From assembly GCA_047602405.1 (NCBI GenBank), contig JASGHJ010000002.1, positions 2,432,001 through 2,496,000 on the forward strand: a stretch of 64,000 bases of DNA, in the 5' to 3' direction. Of the stretch, positions 28,002 through 37,548 are shown piece by piece (the first letter of the stretch is position 1; each line of letters starts with the position of its first letter). The DNA is from Anaeromyxobacteraceae bacterium. GTDB lineage: Bacteria > Myxococcota > Myxococcia > Myxococcales > Anaeromyxobacteraceae. The notes beneath the pieces were generated by a model that was not told where the DNA came from, did not search any database, and was given only the letters and a program-made list of their open reading frames with translations. The position numbers were made by a program, and so were the translations under genes.

Positions 28002-29552
28002 TCAATCGTCGGTGAGCCGGCGCGGCAGGGCGACCTCGAAGGTGGTGCCCTCGCTCCGCGACGAGCGCACGCCGAGCGTGCCGCCGTGCGCCTTCACGAT
28101 CTCCTGCACGATGTGGAGCCCCAGCCCGAGCCCGCCCGAGCCCGCCGGGCCGGCGCCGCCCGAGGGGCCGCGCCAGAAGGGCTCGAAGAGCCGGCCCATC
28201 GTCTCCGGGGAGATGGGGTTGCCGACGTTGTGCACGGCGAGGAGGACCTCGTCCGGCCGGCCCTCGACGCGCACGGTGACGGGCCCGTGCGGATCACCGT
28301 GCGCGAGCGCGTTGCCGGCGAGGTTCGTCACCGCCCGCGCGAGCCGGTCACCGTCCCAGCGGCCGCACGTGTCGCCCCGGAGCTCCAGCCGGAGCACGCG
28401 CGCCGGGTGGGTGGCCTGGAGGGCGGCGACCGCGTCCCGGGAGATGGCGCCCAGGTCGACCTCGGACGGCACCACGGCCAGCCGCTGCCCCTGGCGCAGC
28501 CGCGAGTAGTCGAGCAGGTCGTGGACCATCCGGTTCATCCGCTCCGTCTGCCGCACCAGCCGGTCGAGCACCCCCTGCTCCGGCGGCCGCGCGCCGCGGG
28601 CCTGGAGGAGCCGCGCGCTCATGAGCACGCTCGAGAGCGGGGTCCTCAGGTCGTGGCCGACCGTGGCGAGGAGCTGCTCGCGGAAGCTCGCCTCCTTCTC
28701 CAGCTGCTCCTCCATGCGGATGCGGAGCGTCTCGTCGCGGGTCATCAGGATGGCGCCGGCGGGTGCGCCGTTCGGGTAGCGCAGCGGCACCGCCGAGCCG
28801 GAGAGCCAGCGGACGCCCTCCCGCTCGGAGGGGACGCTCCACCGCTCGCCCTTCACGCGCTCGCCGTGCGCGGCGCGGTAGAGGAGCGACTGCTCCACCG
28901 GGATCCGGCCGTCGCCGCTCGCCGGGAGCCAGCGGCTCCAGGCCTCGTCGACCCCGCCCTGCCGCCGCGCCTCCTCGTTGAGCACCCGCGGCGCCCCGTT
29001 CTCGTCCACGACGACGATGCCCTCCCCGCTCTGGCGGAAGATCGCCTCGAGCATCTCGCCGCTGCGCGCGAGCTCGAGCTGCGCGAGGGCCTGGCGGGCC
29101 ATGAGCCGCAGGACCTCGAGCTCGTCCGGGGAGGGGTCCCGGGCCTCGAAGCCCAGCACCGAGAGCACGCCCACCGCGCCGGCCCGCTCGACGCGCATCG
29201 GGGCGCCCGCGTAGAAGCGCACGCCCGGCGGGCCGGCCACGATGGGCGAGCGCGCGAAGCGGACGTCCGCCCGGGCGTCCCTCACGACGAAGACGTCCTC
29301 GCAGCGGAGCGCGTGGGCGCAGAAGCTCTGCTCGGCGGGCACCTCCGAGCGCAGCTCGACGCCGACGGTGACCGGGTACCGGAGGAACTCTCCCTCGAGG
29401 AAGCCCACGAGCGCGATGGGGACGCCGAGGTCGCTCGCCGCGTGCCGCGCCAGCTCGCGGATGGCGCCGAGCACGTGGTCGTCGGCGCGCGAGAAGGTGC
29501 GGACGAGCGCCTCCTCGGGCGCGCGTTCGAGCAGCTTGGCAGGAGCGTTCAA
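28002..29552 (-). CDS. GAF-PAS sensor histidine kinase (start uncertain)
   Basis: SFCAHA...DARADVRF...RFYAGAP GAF; HDLRTPL H-box; NLAGNA, FEPF, GLGLGL. Confidence 0.9.
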   Translation of the reverse strand: MNAPAKLLERAPEEALVRTFSRADDHVLGAIRELARHAASDLGVPIALVGFLEGEFLRYPVTVGVELRSEVPAEQSFCAHALRCEDVFVVRDARADVRFARSPIVAGPPGVRFYAGAPMRVERAGAVGVLSVLGFEARDPSPDELEVLRLMARQALAQLELARSGEMLEAIFRQSGEGIVVVDENGAPRVLNEEARRQGGVDEAWSRWLPASGDGRIPVEQSLLYRAAHGERVKGERWSVPSEREGVRWLSGSAVPLRYPNGAPAGAILMTRDETLRIRMEEQLEKEASFREQLLATVGHDLRTPLSSVLMSARLLQARGARPPEQGVLDRLVRQTERMNRMVHDLLDYSRLRQGQRLAVVPSEVDLGAISRDAVAALQATHPARVLRLELRGDTCGRWDGDRLARAVTNLAGNALAHGDPHGPVTVRVEGRPDEVLLAVHNVGNPISPETMGRLFEPFWRGPSGGAGPAGSGGLGLGLHIVQEIVKAHGGTLGVRSSRSEGTTFEVALPRRLTDD

Positions 29553-29650
29553 GGGGGCCTCCGGATGGTGATGAAGGTGAACCGGCGGCGGTGTGGGGCT
29601 TGTTCCCGGAGCCCCGTTAACCCCGGCGGCGGCTCGCGCGATGAGCGGGC

Positions 29651-30599
29651 ATGCGTCCCTCATGCTCGGCGGCATGCCTGGCGGCGGCCCTCCTCGCCTG
29701 CCGGGGCGGAGCCCGCCCGGATCCGGAGTTCCGGCCGGACGTCCGCTCGCCGGCGTTCGCCCGCGGGGCGGGCCCGCGCGTGGCCATCGACGCGGGTCAC
29801 CGGAACCGCCACACGCTCGAGGGCCGGTACGGCCCCCTCGGTGCGCTCCTCGCCGCGGACGGCTGGCGGGTGGAGCCGCTCCCGGGGCCCCTCACGCCCG
29901 CCGCCCTCGAGGGGGTGCGCGTGCTCGTGGTCGCCGGCGCGGCGGGGGAGGACGCGCTGCACCCCGCCTTCACCGAGGAGGAGGCCGCGATCCTCGAGGG
30001 CTTCGTGCGGGGCGGCGGCGGGCTCCTGCTCGTCGCCGACCACGTCCCCTTCGCCGAGGCGGTCCGCCCCCTCGCGCGGCGGTTCGGCGTCGAGCTCCTC
30101 GGGGGCGAGGTCCGGGATCCCGACCACCGCGAGCCGGGCACCCGCGATCCCTCCCAGCTGCTTCTTCACGCGCGAGGACGGCACCGTGGGCCACCACCCA
30201 ATCCTGGAAGGCCGCACGCCGGACGAGCGGGTGGACCGGGTGGTGACGTTCACGGGCTCCGCGCTCGCCGCGCCCCCGCCGGCGGCCCCGCTCCTCGTGC
30301 TGTCCCCGACGGCCGCGGACATGGTCGTCCAGCGGATCGTGGTCGAGCACGGCTGGCTCGACGACCGGACCCGCATCACGCTCCACGGGCCGGTGCCCAC
30401 GCGAGGCAACGCGCAGGCGGCCGCCGTCGAGGCCGGGCGCGGCCGGGTGGTCGTCTTCGGCGAGGCGGCGGTGCTCACGGCCCAGGTGGAGCGCGCCTCG
30501 GGCCGCTTCGGCCTCGACTGGCCCGGGGCCCACAACCGCCGGCTCGCGCTGAACGTCGTACGATGGCTCGGCGGCGTCTTGCCGGAGGACGGGAGATGA
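29651..30599 (+). CDS. DUF4350 / class-I GATase-like lipoprotein; apparent frameshift at ~30162
   Basis: Lipobox LLAC; VAIDAGHRNRHT, GGGLLLVADHVPF then FTREDG...TFTGS...GRGRVVVFGEAAVLTAQ in the next frame. Confidence 0.75.
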
Positions 30600-31063
30600 C
30601 GGGACCCTGGCTCGAGGAGACGGCGCTCGTCGTCGGCGTGCTCGCGCTCGCCGGCGCGATCCTCGCGCTCGCGTACCGGCTCGCCCGGCTGCGGCTCGAG
30701 CTCCGCCAGGAGCGCGAGCGCACCCTGCGCGAGCTCCTCGGGCGCATGGAGCCGCCGGAGCGGGCGGTCGCGTTCCTCGCCTCGCCGGAGGGGAGGGCCC
30801 TGCTCGGCGAGCCTCGCCCCGGCGACCGGGAGCGGCTCGCGGTGCGCGTCTTCCTCGGCGCGGGGGCGGTCCTCGGGTCGCTCGGGCTCGCGCTCGTCGC
30901 CGTGGCGGGCCTCGTCCTGCCCGGCGCCGGCCCCGAGGCCGACCGCACCACCACGCTCGCCTGGGGCGTGGTCCTGCTCGGGGTCGCGGCCGGCGCGGGC
31001 CTGCTGGCCGCCGTGGTGCGCGCCGGCCGGCGCGACGAGGGCGCGCGGCGCGGCGATGGCTGA
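30596..31063 (+). CDS. Hypothetical membrane protein (3 TM)
   Basis: ATGA overlap with upstream stop; AFLASPEGRALL motif; overlaps sigma gene start. Confidence 0.7.
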   Translation: MTGPWLEETALVVGVLALAGAILALAYRLARLRLELRQERERTLRELLGRMEPPERAVAFLASPEGRALLGEPRPGDRERLAVRVFLGAGAVLGSLGLALVAVAGLVLPGAGPEADRTTTLAWGVVLLGVAAGAGLLAAVVRAGRRDEGARRGDG

Positions 31064-31535
31064 GCGGGATGGCTTCGAGCGCTTCCACGCCGCGGTGCGA
31101 CCGCGCCTGTGGGCCTGGCTGCGCCGGGTCGCGGGAGACGGCGCGCTCGCGGACGAGGTCGCGCAGGAGGCCTTCGTGAGGTTCCTCGACCGGGACGGGC
31201 TCGCGCTCCCGGAGGCCGAGCGGCGGCCGTACCTGTACGGGATCGCCTGGCGGGTGCTGGCCGATCTGCGGCGCCACGCGCGCAGGCACTCGCCCCTCGC
31301 GGAGGCGCCGGCGGAGACCACCGCGCCCGCCTCGCCCGAGGCCGCCCGCGCCGTCGAGGTGCTCGCCGCGCTCCCGGAGCGGCAGCGCGCGCTCCTCTGG
31401 CTCGCGCACGTCGAGGGGCTGAGCCACAAGGAGATCGCCGCCGCGCTGGGGCTCTCCCCCGGGAGCGTCCGCGTGCTCCTGCACCGGGCGCGGGCCCGGG
31501 CCGCGGCGCTCCTCGGAGGGGAGGACCCACCGTGA
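31056..31535 (+). CDS. ECF RNA polymerase sigma factor
   Basis: ADEVAQEAF region 2; LPERQRALLWLAHVEGLSHKEIAAALG...VRVLLHRAR region 4. Confidence 0.92.
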   Translation: MAERDGFERFHAAVRPRLWAWLRRVAGDGALADEVAQEAFVRFLDRDGLALPEAERRPYLYGIAWRVLADLRRHARRHSPLAEAPAETTAPASPEAARAVEVLAALPERQRALLWLAHVEGLSHKEIAAALGLSPGSVRVLLHRARARAAALLGGEDPP

Positions 31536-31879
31536 CCGACGACCGCCTCGCGCGCGCCCTGCGCGCGCTCGCCGACGAGACCGTCGCGGCCGCCCCACCC
31601 GCCCCGCCGGCCGCCTGGCTCGCGCTCGCCGCGCGCCGCCGCGCCGAGCGCCGCGCGCGCGCCCGCGTGGACCGGGCCCTGCGGGCGGGCGGCCTCGGGG
31701 CCGGCCTCGCCCTCCTCGCGGGCCTCCTGCTCCACCCGCTCCCGTGGGCGCTCGCGGCGCCGGTGGCCCTCGCCGCGGCCGCCGCGGTCGCGCGGGCCTT
31801 CGCGCCCGGGCCCGCCCCCTGGCCCGACGATCTCTCGGGCATCACCTCGTCCGCGGCAGCTCCGCGTGGAACCGGCTGA
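31532..31879 (+). CDS. Putative anti-sigma membrane protein
   Basis: GTGA overlap with sigma stop; DDRLARALRAL then two hydrophobic segments. Confidence 0.55.
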   Translation: MTDDRLARALRALADETVAAAPPAPPAAWLALAARRRAERRARARVDRALRAGGLGAGLALLAGLLLHPLPWALAAPVALAAAAAVARAFAPGPAPWPDDLSGITSSAAAPRGTG

Positions 31880-33065
31880 GCTCCTTCTGCACGGTCCACG
31901 CGCCGCCCTGCTTCACCATGTAGACGAGCGTCTGCGAGAAGCCGCCGTCCGAGCGCGCCTTCTCGGAGAAGAGGACCGCGAGGTCGCCCTTCGCGATGCC
32001 GCCCGCGAGCTTCACCGCGGCCTTCTCCTCCTGCTCCCGCCGCGCGGTGGCGTAGAAGCCCTCCACCTGAGCCTCGGTCAGCGTGAGCTTCTCGACCGGG
32101 CGGCCCGCCTCCTCGTACGCCATCGCGAGGAGCTTCTCGACCGCCGCGCGCTTCGGGAGCGTCGCGAACATCCGGTCCAGCTCCGCCTTGCGCTTCCGCT
32201 CCCACGCCTCGAACGCCGCCCCGGGGGCGCCGCCGCCCTTCGGGAGCACGTCGACGCCCTCCGCCTTGCCCGGGAACCCGGGGATCGGACGTGCGCGTGG
32301 CGAGGGGACCGCTCCGGTCTCGAGCACGACGCGGAAGCCGGAGCGCTCGCCGACCGCCCGCGGGTCGATCCACATCCGGCTCGTCGCGAGGCCGTTGCCC
32401 CGCGCCACGCGGCTGGGCTCCCTGTCCACGAGGACCGACCAGCTGTAGGCGGGTCCGACGGGGTTCTCCCTCGGGCTCACCCAGTAGAAGACCTCGCCGT
32501 ACCAGTCCGACACGTACTCGTCGGCGTTCCCGCTCATGTCGTACAGGCCGAGCGCGTTCGGCTGCTTCCCGCCGACGGGGTGGAGCCCGCTCGCGTCCTC
32601 GCGGGTCCAGCCCACCGCCCCGGGGTCGTCACCGCCGCAGTACCGCTCCCGCCTGCCGCCGCTCCGGCACGCGTACTCCCACTCGGCCTCGGTCGGGAGC
32701 CGGTAGCGCCGGTGCGTGAGGCCCGAGAGCTTGCGGACGAACGCCTGCGCGAGCTCCCAGCTCACGGCGTCCACCGGGCACCTCGGGCCGGCGCAGGCGC
32801 CGCCGGACGTCGTCACCTGCCGGGCGTCCTTGCCCATGACCTGCTCGAACTGCTCGAGCGTGACCTCGTACTTCCCGAGGGCGAAGTCGCCGACGCAGAC
32901 CTCGTGGGCGGGCCGGGCGTCGAAGGCGCCGCCCTCGTCGCCCATCGTGAAGCAGCCCCCCTTCACCGGGACGACCTCGAGGTCTGGAGGGACGGGAGGC
33001 GGTGCGGCGAGGCCGCCGAACGGCGCGAGCGCGACGGAGGCGACGAGGAGCGAAGCCCGGGACAT
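31842..33065 (-). CDS. Secreted FGE/SUMF1-domain protein with C-terminal extension
   Basis: GGCFTMG, GKYEVT, PVDAVSW, YRLPTEAEWEYACR, PNALGLYDMSGN, GFRVV. Confidence 0.9.
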   Translation of the reverse strand: MSRASLLVASVALAPFGGLAAPPPVPPDLEVVPVKGGCFTMGDEGGAFDARPAHEVCVGDFALGKYEVTLEQFEQVMGKDARQVTTSGGACAGPRCPVDAVSWELAQAFVRKLSGLTHRRYRLPTEAEWEYACRSGGRRERYCGGDDPGAVGWTREDASGLHPVGGKQPNALGLYDMSGNADEYVSDWYGEVFYWVSPRENPVGPAYSWSVLVDREPSRVARGNGLATSRMWIDPRAVGERSGFRVVLETGAVPSPRARPIPGFPGKAEGVDVLPKGGGAPGAAFEAWERKRKAELDRMFATLPKRAAVEKLLAMAYEEAGRPVEKLTLTEAQVEGFYATARREQEEKAAVKLAGGIAKGDLAVLFSEKARSDGGFSQTLVYMVKQGGAWTVQKELSRFHAELPRTR

Positions 33066-33144
33066 GGAGGCCCCCTCTCAGGGTGAAGGCCGATCCAGGC
33101 CCCTCCCGCCACGGAGCGTCAACGCGTCGGAAGGTCGCACCCGC

Positions 33145-36100
33145 TCAAGGCTGGAACCGCGCGCGCACCTCGACCCAGTCGAGCACCACCTCCGCCATCG
33201 CCGCCGACTGGCCGTTCGGCCGCTTCGGGACGACCGCCACGACGAGCGAGGCCCCGGAGCCGAAGGAGAGCTGCTGGAGGACGACCGGATCGGTGATCGC
33301 GAAGGTCCTCGGCGTCGGCGACGCCGGCGGATCGGCGGCGCTCCCCAGCACCGCCCACCCGGCGGGCGTCCAGCCCCACACCTCGTAGCCGTCCACCGCC
33401 GTGCGCCCCTCGTAGCCGCGCCCGCCGGCGGACACCGCGACCTCGAGCGCCGAGGGCCCGGCGAGCGCGCTGAAGGCGACGGGGACCTCGTAGAGGAAGG
33501 CGGGCCGGGCCGCCGCGCCGTCGTCGTAGGTCCAGTGGCCGGAGGTGCTGTAGCCGTTGCCGAAGAACGCGGTGAGCTGCTTCGTCGTGCGGTCGTACCC
33601 GATGCCCTGGAACCAGTCCTCCTCGGGCTGGTCGCCGAGCGGGAGCCGGAACGTCCAGGCCTTGCCGGCGGGGTCCCACTCGCCGAGCTGCCAGTACGGC
33701 GCCCCCGAGAAGACCACCGCCACGTCGCGGCTCTCGTCGAAGGTCACGCTGTGACGGAAGCGGGAGGACGGGTTCTGGTCCTTGTCGTCCTGCGAGGTGA
33801 ACGTGCCCGCGGTCCCGTCCCAGGCCCACGTGTCGCTCGCGTAGCCGAGCCCGTACTCGTAGCCGCCGACGACGAGCGTCTGCTTGCGCACGGGGTCGTA
33901 GACGAGCCGGTGGTCGCGCCGGCCGATGGGCGGGCCGGTGGCCGCCGAGCGCAGCGTCCAGGCGCCGGTCGCCGGGCTCCACTCGCGCAGGTCGCGGTAG
34001 GTGCACTCGCACCCGCTCGTGCAGCCCGCCGGGACGGTCGGGCTCCCGTCCGCGCAGGAGGAGACGTTGTACTTCCAGCCGCCGTAGGCCACGAGCACGT
34101 TGCGCTGCGTGTCGAACGCGACCGCCGCGGCGTCGCGCGGCCAGGGCACCGCGCCCGTGCCCGTGCCGCGGTTCACCCAGGCGGAGCCCGCGACGTCGTA
34201 CTCCCAGATCTGCCCGGACTGCGTGAGGTGGACGATGCGGTCGCGGTTCGGATCGTAGGTCGAGTCGCCGTTGCACTTCGCGCAGCCCTGCGGGCTCGTC
34301 GGCGGGAAGCCCGCGCCGGTGCCGGCCGCCTCGAGCAGGCTCCAGTTCATGAGCTCGAGGTCGAGCCGCCAGACGTCGTTGTAGAGCCCGTTCGTCTGCA
34401 TGCCGCCGTACATGAGGACGCCGCCGCGCACGGCGTCGGTGAACATGCCCTCCGGCTCGCGGTAGACCGGGGTCGTGGCCGCGCGCGCGATCGGCTTCCA
34501 GCGGCCGGCCGCCGAGTCCAGCATCCACTTGTCGGTCGCGCCGCCGCCGGAGTAGCCCCCGAGCACGAGCAGCCGGCTCCGCGTCCAGTCGTACGCGACC
34601 GAGTGCATGAAGCGCGCGCCCGGCGGGTTCGCGAGCGTCCGGAGCGACCACGCGCCGTTCGCGTACTCCCAGAGCTCGTTCACGTACGCGTAGGACGTCC
34701 CGGTCGTGTTGGCGTAGCCGCCGAACATGGCGGCGCGCCCGCGGAGCCGGTCGTAGGCCATGGCGGCCTGGTAGCGCGCCGTCGGTGCCCCCGCGGCGCC
34801 GCCCGCGACCTTCAGCGTCCACTGCGCGGCCGCCGGGTCGTACTCCCAGGTGTCCCCGAAGGCGCAGATCCCGCCGGCCGCGACCGAGCCCGCCGGGCAG
34901 GGCTTCCCGCCGTCGTAGGCGTAGCCGCCGAACAGGACGAGCACCCCGCGCGCGTCGTCGAAGGTCATCACGTGCTGCTGGCGCGGCGCGGGCCACGCGC
35001 CCGCCTTCGGCACCTGGGTCCACGTCCCGTCGCCCGAGTCCCACTCCCAGAGGTCGTCGTGATCGCCGTAGTAGTAGCCGCCGAACATCAGCACCTTGCC
35101 CCGACGGCTGTCGAAGACCGCGACGCTGCCGTCGCGGGTGTCGGGCGCGGGCGGCCCGGCCGCGGGCGTGCGCTTCAGCCAGCGCCCCTCGAGGAGGTCC
35201 CACTCCCAGGTCTCCGGGTCGTAGCCGCCGCCCACGCGCCCGCCGAACAGCAGCGCGCGCGCGTGCTTCGTGTCCACCGCGAGCACCGCGCCCTGCTCCG
35301 AGCCGGGGCGGAGGCCGCCGGTGCCGAGCGCGGTCCACTGGTTGTCCGCGCCGTCGTGTGCCCAGAGCTGCTTCTTGTCCCCGTCGTAGACGAGGGTCCG
35401 GCCGAGCACCCCGTCGAAGGTGGACGGCCACAGGGGCTTCACGGCGAGGTCGGTGGGGGAGATGTCGAGCCGCCTCCACTTCCCCTGCCCCGGCTGCGAC
35501 GCCTTCGCGCCGCCGGCCGCGAGCACCGCCGAGAGCTCCGCGGCGGCGGGCTCCACGGTCCGCGAGTAGTCCTGCGCGTAGACCGCGCGGACGCTCTCGC
35601 TCCGCCAGAGCGTCGTCGGGTTCTCGAAGGTGCTGCCCGCGACCTTGCCGCCCAGCCCCGCGATCCACTCCACCCGCGGCACGGCCCGGCGCGCCGACTC
35701 GTTCCCGGCCGCGTCCACCACCGAGAGCCACATCCGCGGGGAGTCGTTGCCGAGGTTCTCGACCGTCCAGCCGCCGGCCCCCGGCTGCAGCGTCCCGAGG
35801 AGGAGGCCGCCGGCCTGGCGGGAGTGGACCCGGACCTGCACGATGGCCTCGCCGGCGGCGGCGAACGTCGAGGCGGGGAGCGGGACCGTCGTGGGATCGG
35901 CGCCCGCCGCGAGGCTCGCGAGCGTGAGGAACTGCCCCGGCGCGCCGCCCGTCTGCTGCGCGCCCCACGGCACCCGGAGCTGCTTCAGCGTGGCGAGCTG
36001 CATCGAGCCGTCGGCGTCGGGCGGGGTGCGGTCCACCACGAGCGCGACGCCCGGGAGCGTGACCTCGCCGCCCGGGTTGGCGGCGAGATCGACGAGCGAC

Positions 36101-36870
36101 ACGACGATCGGGCACGTCCCGTCGGCGGCCTGGACCGACGGATCGAGGGCGAGGCCGTAGGTGAAGAAGGTGGGGGCGGTCTGGCCGGGCTCGCGCACGA
36201 GCGGGACGTCGCCCCCCGCGCAGCGCGCCACCACCGAGGGCGCCTGCGCGAGCGCCTCGGTCGTGGAGAAGAAGACCGCGTACTCGCCGCCGTCGCGGAC
36301 GGCGTCCACGCGCGGGAGGAGGTTGGCGGCGTCCGGCGTCAGCTGCTCGCCGGGGGCGACGGCGGCCGGCGGCGCGTGATCGATCGTCACCGACGCGAGC
36401 GAGACGCCGGTCGCGGGGTTGCCGGTGGCGTCGACGAGGTCGACGATGATGGGCCAGTTGCCGGACGGCGCGGCGGCCTCGCTCTCGGGCGTGTAACCGA
36501 AGGTGTAGGTGAGCCCGCTCTGCGCGGTCAGGGCGAGCGCCGGCGGCGGGTCGGCCGGAGCGCTCACGCGCACCCTCGGCGCCACCGCGAGCGCCTCCGA
36601 GACCGTGAACGTCACCTCGACGGGCTGGTGGGGCCCGCAGCGCTCGTGCGCGAGGACCACCGAGCCCGCGACCACCGCCGGCGGCACCTCGTCGGCGCCC
36701 GAGGGCAGGCAGCGCCCGAGGCTCGCGCGGCAGGCCCAGCCCTGCGGACAGTCGGCGTCGCTCGCGCAGCTGAGCTGGGCGCCCCGAGGCGGGGCGACGT
36801 CGACCTTGCAGGCGGCGAGCGCGAGCACGGCCACGGCGGCGAGCGCGCGGCCCGGGTGGAGATCCGGCAT
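33145..36870 (-). CDS. Large lipoprotein with Cys-rich motif, Ig-like domains and Kelch beta-propeller repeats
   Basis: Lipobox LAAC; CASDADCPQGWAC; D.AGN Ig-like motifs; repeated LFGG...DTWEWD Kelch blades. Confidence 0.85.
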   Translation of the reverse strand: MPDLHPGRALAAVAVLALAACKVDVAPPRGAQLSCASDADCPQGWACRASLGRCLPSGADEVPPAVVAGSVVLAHERCGPHQPVEVTFTVSEALAVAPRVRVSAPADPPPALALTAQSGLTYTFGYTPESEAAAPSGNWPIIVDLVDATGNPATGVSLASVTIDHAPPAAVAPGEQLTPDAANLLPRVDAVRDGGEYAVFFSTTEALAQAPSVVARCAGGDVPLVREPGQTAPTFFTYGLALDPSVQAADGTCPIVVSLVDLAANPGGEVTLPGVALVVDRTPPDADGSMQLATLKQLRVPWGAQQTGGAPGQFLTLASLAAGADPTTVPLPASTFAAAGEAIVQVRVHSRQAGGLLLGTLQPGAGGWTVENLGNDSPRMWLSVVDAAGNESARRAVPRVEWIAGLGGKVAGSTFENPTTLWRSESVRAVYAQDYSRTVEPAAAELSAVLAAGGAKASQPGQGKWRRLDISPTDLAVKPLWPSTFDGVLGRTLVYDGDKKQLWAHDGADNQWTALGTGGLRPGSEQGAVLAVDTKHARALLFGGRVGGGYDPETWEWDLLEGRWLKRTPAAGPPAPDTRDGSVAVFDSRRGKVLMFGGYYYGDHDDLWEWDSGDGTWTQVPKAGAWPAPRQQHVMTFDDARGVLVLFGGYAYDGGKPCPAGSVAAGGICAFGDTWEYDPAAAQWTLKVAGGAAGAPTARYQAAMAYDRLRGRAAMFGGYANTTGTSYAYVNELWEYANGAWSLRTLANPPGARFMHSVAYDWTRSRLLVLGGYSGGGATDKWMLDSAAGRWKPIARAATTPVYREPEGMFTDAVRGGVLMYGGMQTNGLYNDVWRLDLELMNWSLLEAAGTGAGFPPTSPQGCAKCNGDSTYDPNRDRIVHLTQSGQIWEYDVAGSAWVNRGTGTGAVPWPRDAAAVAFDTQRNVLVAYGGWKYNVSSCADGSPTVPAGCTSGCECTYRDLREWSPATGAWTLRSAATGPPIGRRDHRLVYDPVRKQTLVVGGYEYGLGYASDTWAWDGTAGTFTSQDDKDQNPSSRFRHSVTFDESRDVAVVFSGAPYWQLGEWDPAGKAWTFRLPLGDQPEEDWFQGIGYDRTTKQLTAFFGNGYSTSGHWTYDDGAAARPAFLYEVPVAFSALAGPSALEVAVSAGGRGYEGRTAVDGYEVWGWTPAGWAVLGSAADPPASPTPRTFAITDPVVLQQLSFGSGASLVVAVVPKRPNGQSAAMAEVVLDWVEVRARFQP

Positions 36871-36952
36871 CACGGAAGTATGACGCGGGACCGCGAAGTG
36901 CTTCGCCGCGAGCCCCGAGTGGGGCCCATTCAGTCCGGAAGCGGACGGAGGT

Positions 36953-37519
36953 TCAGCCGCCGCCCGCGGTCCGCCACGCCTCCGCGGTGACGGTGAAGAC
37001 GTGGAGCCGTCGCATCCGTCCGTGGAGCGCCTCGGGCTCGGTGGCGTGGAGCGTGAATCCGAGCCGCCGCGGCACCGCGATGCTCGTCGCGTTCTCGACG
37101 TCGACCTTCATCTCGACCCGCTGCAGCCCCGGCAGCCCGAAGGCCGCGTCGACCGCGGCGCGCGCGGCCTCGGTCGCGAAGCCCTTCCCCGTCGCGGAGT
37201 GCCGCAGCCAGTAGCCGGCCTCGATCGCGCCCGGCCCGACGCGCGGGTGCAGGCTCACGCCCCCGAGGTGCTCGCCGGTCGCGGCGTCGAGGATGGCCCA
37301 GCGGAAGGCCCTGCCGGCCTCCCAGTCGGCGACCGAGCCGGCGAGGTACTCGCGCACCTGCTCGAGCGCCATGGGGTGGTCGAAGGACCACGGGACCCAC
37401 GGCCGGACGTGGTCGAGGCTGGAGTCGATCGCGGCCTTCAGGTCCCCGGCGTCGGCGGGCTCGAGCCGGCGGAGGCGCAGGCGCGGGGTCGCGAGCGAGC
37501 GCGGGGGAGCGGCGGGCAC
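36953..37519 (-). CDS. GNAT N-acetyltransferase, RimJ/RimL family
   Basis: TPRLRLR, EAGYWL...GKGFATEA, NATSIAVPRRLGF. Confidence 0.9.
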   Translation of the reverse strand: MPAAPPRSLATPRLRLRRLEPADAGDLKAAIDSSLDHVRPWVPWSFDHPMALEQVREYLAGSVADWEAGRAFRWAILDAATGEHLGGVSLHPRVGPGAIEAGYWLRHSATGKGFATEAARAAVDAAFGLPGLQRVEMKVDVENATSIAVPRRLGFTLHATEPEALHGRMRRLHVFTVTAEAWRTAGGG

Positions 37520-37548
37520 GCGCCGAGGATAGCGCGCGGGCGGCGCTG

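Noticed and set aside
24269..33065. Diversity-generating retroelement targeting the FGE (C-lectin fold) domains
   Set aside because: No reverse transcriptase and no template/variable repeat pair differing at adenines was seen.
32716..36990. Very long alternative-frame or antisense ORFs (e.g. 1424 aa here, 24485..28015, 5811..8777)
   Set aside because: Arg/Gly/Pro-rich shadow ORFs caused by high GC3; the opposite or alternative frame carries recognisable protein motifs.
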